DNA of 64,000 nt from the human T2T-CHM13v2.0 reference genome, Homo sapiens. Below the pieces are notes generated by a model that worked only from the letters and a program-made list of their open reading frames with translations, was not told the origin of the DNA and made no database searches. The position numbers and the translations under genes were made by a program. The stretch is from NCBI RefSeq assembly GCF_009914755.1, contig NC_060925.1. The stretch is one strand, 5' to 3'. This document shows positions 56,422 through 64,000 of the stretch, piece by piece (the first letter of the stretch is position 1; every line of letters begins with the position of its first letter).

Positions 56422-59400
56422 CACCAGCCTACTTTTAATGGTAATTTTGAAAATGACAGTTGACCTGGTAGCCTTTGGGGATGTTTGTGTTCCTCCTCCC
56501 AGCAGATTGCCTTCCTTGGGCAACAGGCACTGCTCCTCTCTCATGTGTCAGAAAATCAGTGTGAAACTAGCTATCAAAGCGTACAACCGTCTATCACGTT
56601 GACCATCACATTATTCTTTGTGACTTGGGAGAACTCCCCTGTTTTCTCAAATCTCTATCTGCTGAGAATTAGGAACCATTTCTATACAATAAAGAACTAT
56701 TGCTCACCAGAAAGTATATTCTACTTTCTTGTGGAAGAAAACTTATGACATTGAACTTGACAAAAAGGCATTTTCACAAGCTCAAATAAAACCAGTTTTC
56801 TCCATCTCCCCTCCCGCCTCTGTTGGCTCAAGTAATGAGCAACTGAAGGATACCACACTGCAAAGGAGATGTTGGGCTTCAGGCTGAAGCAAATCTGGGC
56901 TAACCAGAGTTAATCAAATTCTTTATAAATAAAATGAATTGTGCCACGCTAACTTAGATGTTTCAGAGAAACACTAACATATTTTTTTTAACTGATTTCT
57001 TGAATTTTTAAAAAAACTACTGCTCCTTTCCTTTGGGTAAGTGAGGAGGCAATAGGGTCTTGAGAATCACCAGGACAGCCAGACTCTGTTAGTTTACTTT
57101 CAGGTGAATACATTAGGTTCTGGGTAGATAGGCAGAGCTACTATACACTGCGCCTAAAACATCACAATGGAGAGGTGTATGTGTGTTTGTTGCGGGTGGA
57201 GGGGCCTGGTCCTGAGATTTATCAAGCCTGCCTTATGGGTACTGACTTGACTGGTTCATCTACTTTAGGGACGATGAGAATATACTCCCCTGCCCCAAAT
57301 TATATTTTATCCAGGTGCCATGGTGTCTGACACTCCATCTGTAATGGTTCATTCCTTTGGCTTTCTTTCCTGCTTTTAAAATGAACATTCTCTTGGTTTG
57401 TGCAAAACACTAAACTACTTTACAAAGGCAGATACGCTAATGTAGGAAACTGCTTTGTTTTCCTTTGGTTGAAAAGGACTAGTGGAGCTGCAGGAAGCTT
57501 GGAAGTTCATCAGTGGGAATGGAGGGAGGCTGCCAAGAAGGTGAGGGGAAGGGGAAGGGCCACAGACACAGATTTTGTCTACTTGGGAATTTTGAATGGG
57601 ATTGACCCTACCACTCAGTAATAGTTAAAAATGAAACAAAACAAAAAACAAGGGTTTTGAGTGTTGTTTGAATCCAAGTGTACTATTTCAATAGTGGAAC
57701 TGAGCAAGACTTATAAAGCTGGCATAGGGAAGGGTGATTAGGATTGCAAACATAAGCATGAGGTGTAAATCATGACATTTATTTTGGCATGGAAGCCAGA
57801 TCATTGTTTGAGGAACACCTTTTGAAACCCAAATGTAGAGGGCAGAAAATGGTGTTGGCTTTTTACACTATTTCTCTCTTTTTGAGGTAAGTCAGAGAGT
57901 TGAGTTATGAAGCATTAAAAGATCAGTTTTTTCCCACATTCAATTTTCTTCTTTGCACTTAGGGAAAACCTTTTAGGCCAAAGACCATCTGAAGTGGCCC
58001 TGGTTCCTCCATGTTTAACTCACTGGCCCCTAATTTCTGCTGGACCTTCATTTCAGTCGACTGTGTTTCAGGAGGTAAGTGATTCTGGTGACCTCACTGT
58101 AGGGAGACAGGAGCCTCTGGCAAGTTACCAAACTGCTGGCCTATTCTACATGAGCCAGGCTCTTTGCTTTGGCAGAGGAAAGCAGTGCTGTTTTAGGTCA
58201 ACAGTCAAATGTGTCCCGGAAGTTGTTAAGTGCGTGGGGCATTCTAACCACTGCTGCTGGTGGAGAGACCTGGCTGTCGCCTGCATCTCACTTTCAGAAT
58301 GTGGCCCTGATTAAGCTCCGCAGGTAGAGTTCTGGTTTCTAAGAAGGGTACAAGGCCTGAGGACATGCTGGTATTTCTTCCTCATGCTGCTGCTGAGGAC
58401 ACAGAGAAGGGTGTTCTGGCCAAATTAGCCAGTTATTGGTTCCCCAAATAACTTTGGTTTTAGACACCTGACTTGACTCTGTGAATGAGTGGGAGGCTGT
58501 TTTCTCTGACTGGTTTTGCATCTTGGCTTTCATGTCTCTACATGAACATTCAGCCCACAAATTTCTGTTATCTAATCAGGCGCATCAGTCCGTGATGGAG
58601 ATGAGAGGGGAGGAACACCCCTTTGACTCAGATTTTGCACAAACAAAATTCAGTCTTGTTAGCAATGGCAGGAAGAGTAGCCACGGCTGCTCAGATCAGA
58701 TCTTTCCCTGACAATCTGCAGGGCAGTGCAAGTGGGTGAAGAGTTTTTATGGCAAGATAAGCAATGCAAGGGCCCCAACTTGGTATACTAAATAAAATTA
58801 AAATGTCAATATTTACACATGACCTTCAAGGCTCTTCCACTCTTGCTTTCTTAGTATTCAGTACAGACTGCATTTTCTTTAGTCCGTTACCAACAGCTTG
58901 GAAATTCAGTTAGAGGACATAACCCAAATGTTCTCCAAATGTTGCTTCCAAATGGTCATCTTGAAAAGTGCTGTTTTAAGGCATGCAACCTTTCTGCACC
59001 GAGAGAGGGCTGTCGCTCTGCCTACCCAACTGTAGGGGAATTATCCAAAGATTAAAACCACTGATGATAAAGATAGTGCCACACAGCATATTTTAATTTG
59101 TTGATAATGAAAGCACAAGAGGCCTTTTTACAGGCTTCTTGAAGCCTTACTATTGTGTGTTGCACATTCAACCCCAGCTTGTGTGCTGACACAAACAAAT
59201 AAACGTGATCATAACGGTTGAAATGTAGTTAGAAACACAATTGAGAACATCTGTATTGTAAGCAGAAATACATTAGAAATACTGAAGTGTTTTGTAGCTG
59301 TGAAAATGAAGGAATAAAAAAATAACCCACAGTACCTGGATTAAGCAGTTATAAATAATGTATAAAGCAAAAATCTCATTACCCCCTGTGTAAACTCCCC

Positions 59401-59927
59401 CCCAATGAAATATATTTTATGAATGTAGTAACACTGTAATAACCAAAGCATTTGTTTTTCCCCACAAACTTTCCATTTCATAACTGTGAGATTGTTTGGA
59501 TTTACAGATTCGGGCCACAACACCCCTGAGTTTACCGGTTTTGGTTTCTTCCTTGTGACCTTCGGCTCCAGGATGCAGCACAGCTCCTCACTGCACTATT
59601 TATCAGAATGTTGCTCTGCATGCTTGAAAGTTTCCCCAAACAGAGGTACATAAAAACAAACAGAGGCGAAACACAAATCCCATCAGCCCTGGAGGAAAAG
59701 GCCCTGAAGCTCTTCCAGTGCAGAGGCCACGCAGAGGACAGGCTCCTACCTGTGCACATCAGCCACGCCTGGGGCGCCTCCTGGAGTCCAGGCTGCTGGC
59801 AATGGAATTCATCATGTTGCTGATGTCACTGTAAGTTAAGTCGCAGCTGCCAGCTGAGCTATGGGACAGTTTGAGGGATGGCCAGAAGGTTTCTCCTGGA
59901 TGCCATCTTCAGCATACCTAGGAACCA

Positions 59928-60872
59928 GAGAAAATGCAATTCTTCACATGCCCATCTCACTCCTGCAGCCTGGGGTCCCTCTTCAGTTTATTTTTTTATT
60001 TATTTATTTTTTTATCATAAGCACATAGTCAGGCTCTGGGACATCATGGAACCCAGCAGCCTGCTGAAAGGTGAAGCACAAGTCTAAAGTCCTGTTAGTT
60101 ATGAAATCCAGCTCTCCTGGATTAGGCAAGGGGAAAACCACATCTTTAAGATACACTAGGGCAAGAAGTAAAGTATGGAGAGCTGGCTCAACGAAATTTT
60201 GTGTATAATAGGAGCCGTCCTATGACTAATTGTCACCTGTCTCAGAGACCTCATGATTATTTCTGAGCTTTAACCAATGAATTAATGTGGGTTCTACCTG
60301 GCTCTTCTAACGTCTTTGGAATGGTTCCTCAGGGAACCACAGCTATCCATAGAGATAACAACCTGAATACAAGCCCATCGCCCGACAACCTGAATACAAG
60401 CCCATCGCCCGATGAGAAAATGCAATTCTTCGCATGCCCATCTCACTCCTGCAGCCTGGGGTCCCTCTTCAGTTTATTTTTTTATTTATTTATTTTTTTA
60501 TCATAGGCACATAGTCAGGCTCTGGGACATCATGGAACCCAGCAGCCTGCTGAAAGGTGAAGCACAAGTCTAAAGTCCTGTTAGTTATGAAATCCAGCTC
60601 TCCTGGATTAGGCAAGGGGAAAACCACATCTTTAAGATACACTAGGGCAAGAAGTAAAGTATGGAGAGCTGGCTCAACGAAATTTTGTGTATAATAGGAG
60701 CCGTCCTATGACTAATTGTCACCTGTCTCAGAGACCTCATGATTATTTCTGAGCTTTAACCAATGAATTAATGTGGGTTCTACCTGGCTCTTCTAACGTC
60801 TTTGGAATGGTTCCTCAGGGAACCACAGCTATCCATAGAGATAACAACCTGAATACAAGCCCATCGCCCGAT
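59928..60872 (+). repeat. Direct tandem duplication: 459 bp unit x2, with a nested 27 bp duplication
   Basis: Copy 1 is 59928-60413 (486 bp, including an extra ACAACCTGAATACAAGCCCATCGCCCG); copy 2 is 60414-60872. Only two A/G differences seen. Confidence 0.97.
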
Positions 60873-61064
60873 CAGATGCTGCTCTTACTTGCATGACTTG
60901 GTTCTATTCTTGCCCAGTCCCACTGGGATAGCAGTGGTAGCTAAACAGCTAAGCAGAGTGACCTCATTAGATTCTCCTCTAGTATAAAGTCACATGTTAA
61001 CTCATTTTTGGACTCATAGTCAGAAACTTGTAATTTTTCCTCATTTTGGTATGCAGCTATTGCA

Positions 61065-61400
61065 CAGTGGGGGAAATATGAGTCAAAAGACTTGCTCTTA
61101 TATTCCATCTTCCCCCTCATTGCCTGGGTGTCTTTGGACCAGTTAATCTTTGAGCCTCAGTTATCTAGAAAATGGGGACACTGCTACTTTATATATTTTT
61201 TTTTAGTGGGACCTAGATAAGGTAATATAAATAAAGGGGCTTTATTTATATATTGAATGGCATGATGTTAGGATTACTAAAAGGAAATAGCTATTCTACT
61301 TACATTACAATGTGGTTTGAGGATCAAATTCAATAAAATATGTGAAGAGGGCTTTGAAAAGTAGAAAGAGCTAAGCAATGCAAAATGCGTTGCTGCACTT
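61065..61400 (+). mobile_element. MIR fragments
   Basis: TGGGTGTCTTTGGACCAGTT...GAGCCTCAGTT...AAAATGGGG; TTGAGGATCAAAT...AATATGTGAAG. Confidence 0.55.
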
Positions 61401-62502
61401 GAATGTAATGGCTGGTGTCATGTCAGCTGGATTAACTGTGGTCACTAGTTCTCATATATCCATTTGCTAGAGTAGCTGAGTCCTCTGGACTACGAAAAAG
61501 GGCACAGAAGCTACAGATACGAGATCTGGTACTATCTTTATCACTACCTTTTTATTGTGAGCACCTCAATCATTTTGAGATATTTGTCTCATTTCTTTTA
61601 CTTTGAATATGCAAAAACAACAGTCACCTCCTAATATGGCTGTTGGGAAAACACAACTGAAATGGATTCAGAAAATAGCTTTTAAGGACAAAGTTATGTG
61701 AAGGACATAAATTGTGCATGAAGTCTTTCAGCAATGAATAGGCACATCTCCACATACCCCAGGATCTTAAGCTGATAATGTAACAACAAGAACCTATTGA
61801 ATCAGGACAAGGTGATGGTTCTGCTCCTGTGGCAATCTAGGTCTCAGAATCTGGTATGCAGGCAGGGTGTAGAGAGCAGATTGCATTTTCAGGAGAAAGG
61901 TTAAGCTTGAATGTTTTGGACAGGAGGTGGTTAGATGCATTTTTAAAAAGTCCTTGAATTTACCTGATGATTTTTGTGTCCTTGTGATGGTTGTAGCCCA
62001 TTCCAGGATATGAATAAATTTAGCAACACAAAGGAGGTCATTTAAAAATCTTTCCCTCAGATGCTCCACTTCCTCTTCCTTCTAGCTTTCTCCTCTTCTT
62101 CACTAATTTGGCAACCTGCGAGGCTGCCCTTTTGATCACTGGCAGTTTAGAATAGTGATAAGTGGTTTTGGAAAATGTTATTGAAACTTTTATAGGAGAG
62201 TGGTGGAAAGATGGAGATTTCTAGAAAACCCTTAATAGAAGAGATCCATTTTACTTAATTATTTATTTATTTTTAGTTTTAAAACATTATTTTATTTTGA
62301 ATTAATTTTAGACTTTAAGAAATTGCAAAAATACTAGAAAGTGTTACTTTAATCCCTCACCCTGCTTCTGCTTATGTTGACTGTCTCTCATCATCTTAAT
62401 ATGATTATCAAGAATAGGAAATTGATGTTGGTACAATATTTTTAACTAAGCTACAGACTGCATCTGATATTCACCAGTTTTCCTGCAGATATCATTTTTC
62501 TG

Positions 62503-62588
62503 CCATCCGAGTACTAACCAGACCCGACCCTGCTTAGCTTCCAAGATCAGACAAGATTGGGTGTGTTCAGGGTGGTATGGCTAGAGAC
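62503..62588 (-). pseudogene. 5S rRNA retropseudogene, 3'-truncated (about nt 1-86), no poly-A tail
   Basis: Minus strand GTCTCTAGCCATACCACCCTGAACACACCCAATCTTGTCTGATCTTGGAAGCTAAGCAGGGTCGGGTCTGGTTAGTACTCGGATGG aligns to 5S rRNA, mostly with CpG-type changes; TSD ATATCATTTTTCTG at 62489-62502 and 62593-62606. Confidence 0.95.
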
Positions 62589-62734
62589 CCAAATATCATT
62601 TTTCTGTCTCAGGAGCCTATCCAGGACCCCACATTGTATTGAGTTGTATTTCTCCCTAGTTGACTCCAATCTGTGACAGTTCCCTGGTCTTTCCTTGTCC
62701 TTCATAACTTTGGCACTTTTCGAAGGATACTGAT

Positions 62735-63405
62735 TGTTACCAGTGGAAGGTATCCGAGTTACCAGCGGCAAATCCATACGGGTCTGCAGCAACCTCAATT
62801 CTTGCCCCCTCAAAAGAAATAATTTGACTGAGGGGCATAAAGCAGAAAAAGAGATCAAGGCAACTTTCAGAGTAGGAGTGGGAGTTTATTTAAAAAGACT
62901 TTAGAAAAGGAAAGAAAAGAAAGTACGCTTGGAAGAGACCCAAGTGGGCATGTGAAGGTCAATTGTAGTGTTTAACCTTGATCCTAGGACTTTATAGGCT
63001 GGCCTCTTTCCCATGATTCTTCCTTTAAAGGGGGCTGCCCTCATGCACAGTGCCCTCCTTACCCTTGGGAGTTGAGCATGTGCACTGTGTTTAGGAAGTT
63101 GTATGCATGCCCATTGGAGGCTTTCTTCCCTTTTCTCATGGCATGACCCTGGAAGGCCATACTCTGCCATTTTATCTCCTAATGCACATGTCTGGGAAGT
63201 TGTGTTTCCCTGGTACCTACATTAAGTTCACACTTTAGTGCAACAGGTGCAGACAATCAGGAAATGGCCTCTCCCTGGCGCTGGCTGCCAATTTATCACT
63301 TTTAGAGAGGCAATGTGATAATTGCCAAACCATCACCTGACATTTTTAGTGGGTGGGGGAAGAGCCCTCTCCTGCCCTGCTTATGCCTGTCTACCTATAA
63401 ATACA
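62735..63405 (-). mobile_element. MER50-like ERV1 solo LTR
   Basis: TGTTACCAGTGGAAGGTATCCGAGTTACCAGCGGC...GGGTCTGCAGCAACCTCAATTCTTG...CTCCTGCCCTGCTTATG; CTGAT on both flanks. Confidence 0.75.
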
Positions 63406-63626
63406 CTGATGAGTAATTTGGTAGAATGTCCTTCATTTTAGGTTTGTCTAACGTTTTGTCATGATTAGAGTGAGGTTATGCCATTTTGGCAAGAATACCA
63501 CAGAAATGATACTATATCCCTTTTCAGCACATCATGCCAAGGGATTCATGATGTTGATATGCCTTATTAATGGTGATATTTACTTTGAGCACTCCATTAG
63601 GTTAGTGTCTGCTGGTTTCTCCATTA

Positions 63627-64000
63627 TAAAACCACCTTTGCAAAAATTATAACAGTGAGAAAATTATGACAGTGAAAGAGATCTGATCTAACCAACCCCC
63701 ATCTTGCTTTTAACCTCCAAAATGCCTTACTCATTTCTGGGCTTAGGCCAAGTTAACTTTGGGAGAAGTTTAGTTTATAGTTTAACAGATTATATCCCTT
63801 CCTCAAAACTAAACCACCTTTGTGTAAAGCTGATGAAAGACCACCAGATTAGGAGGATGAAAGGAACCTGAATTCTGTTAACATGTAGATATAAATGATT
63901 ACCAGCCATTATTCCAGAGGTCACAAGATTTGCAACTTCCCAATTACTCCTGCAGATAACATCACTATTGTAGAACCTAAGATTGGCCTTTTGAGATGAC
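63627..64000 (+). mobile_element. LTR8/LTR8A-like ERV1 LTR, running off the window end
   Basis: AAACCACCTTTGCAAAAATTATAACAGTGAG...GACAGTGAAAGAGATCTGATCTAACCAAC...CACAAGATTTGCAACTTCCCAATTACTCC. Confidence 0.85.

Larger units (their letters stand above)
62265..63626 (-). mobile_element. L1MC/MB-like 3' end, interrupted by the 5S pseudogene and an LTR
   Basis: TTTTATTTTGAATTAATTTTAGACTT...ATTGATGTTGGTACAATA...CCAGGACCCCACATTG...GTAGAATGTCC...ATGATTAGAGTGAGGTTATG. Confidence 0.7.

Noticed and set aside
60358-60411. 27 bp direct repeats resembling a CRISPR-like unit
   Set aside because: The copies are adjacent with no spacers, arise from the tandem duplication, and lie in primate DNA with no cas genes.
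60840-60880. Faint similarity of ATAACAACCTGAATACAAGCCCATCGCCCGATC to the 5S rRNA 5' end
   Set aside because: Needs several gaps and no A-box follows; likely chance.

Overview
This is primate (human-like) non-coding genomic DNA. I found no credible protein-coding exon, CpG island, tRNA or CRISPR array. The listed ORFs are either repeat-derived (Alu, MaLR, LTR12, Tigger) or show no recognisable homology, with one exception noted below. Roughly half the window is recognisable interspersed repeats: Alu J/S/Y and monomers, MIR, L2, L3/CR1, old L1M, Tigger/MER DNA transposons, MaLR/ERVL/ERV1 LTRs, and a complete MSTA LTR-int-LTR element. These are separated by repeat-poor blocks rich in POU/SOX/homeodomain motifs that look like enhancer terrain. 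The one RNA-gene relic is a 3'-truncated, tailless 5S rRNA retropseudogene (62503-62588, minus). The most unusual items are: (1) a ~550 bp fossil reverse-transcriptase fragment of a non-mammalian-type L1-clade LINE (18085-18641); (2) a very young 459 bp tandem duplication with a nested 27 bp duplication at its junction (59928-60872); (3) an exact 29 bp homeodomain/POU-like motif present twice, 1.3 kb apart (43831, 45146); (4) an Alu with a twin-priming-type 5' inversion (22991-23213). I found no evidence for a new multi-gene system. Repeat subfamily names and family motifs are from recall of consensus sequences, not from a search. Boundaries of old repeats are approximate.
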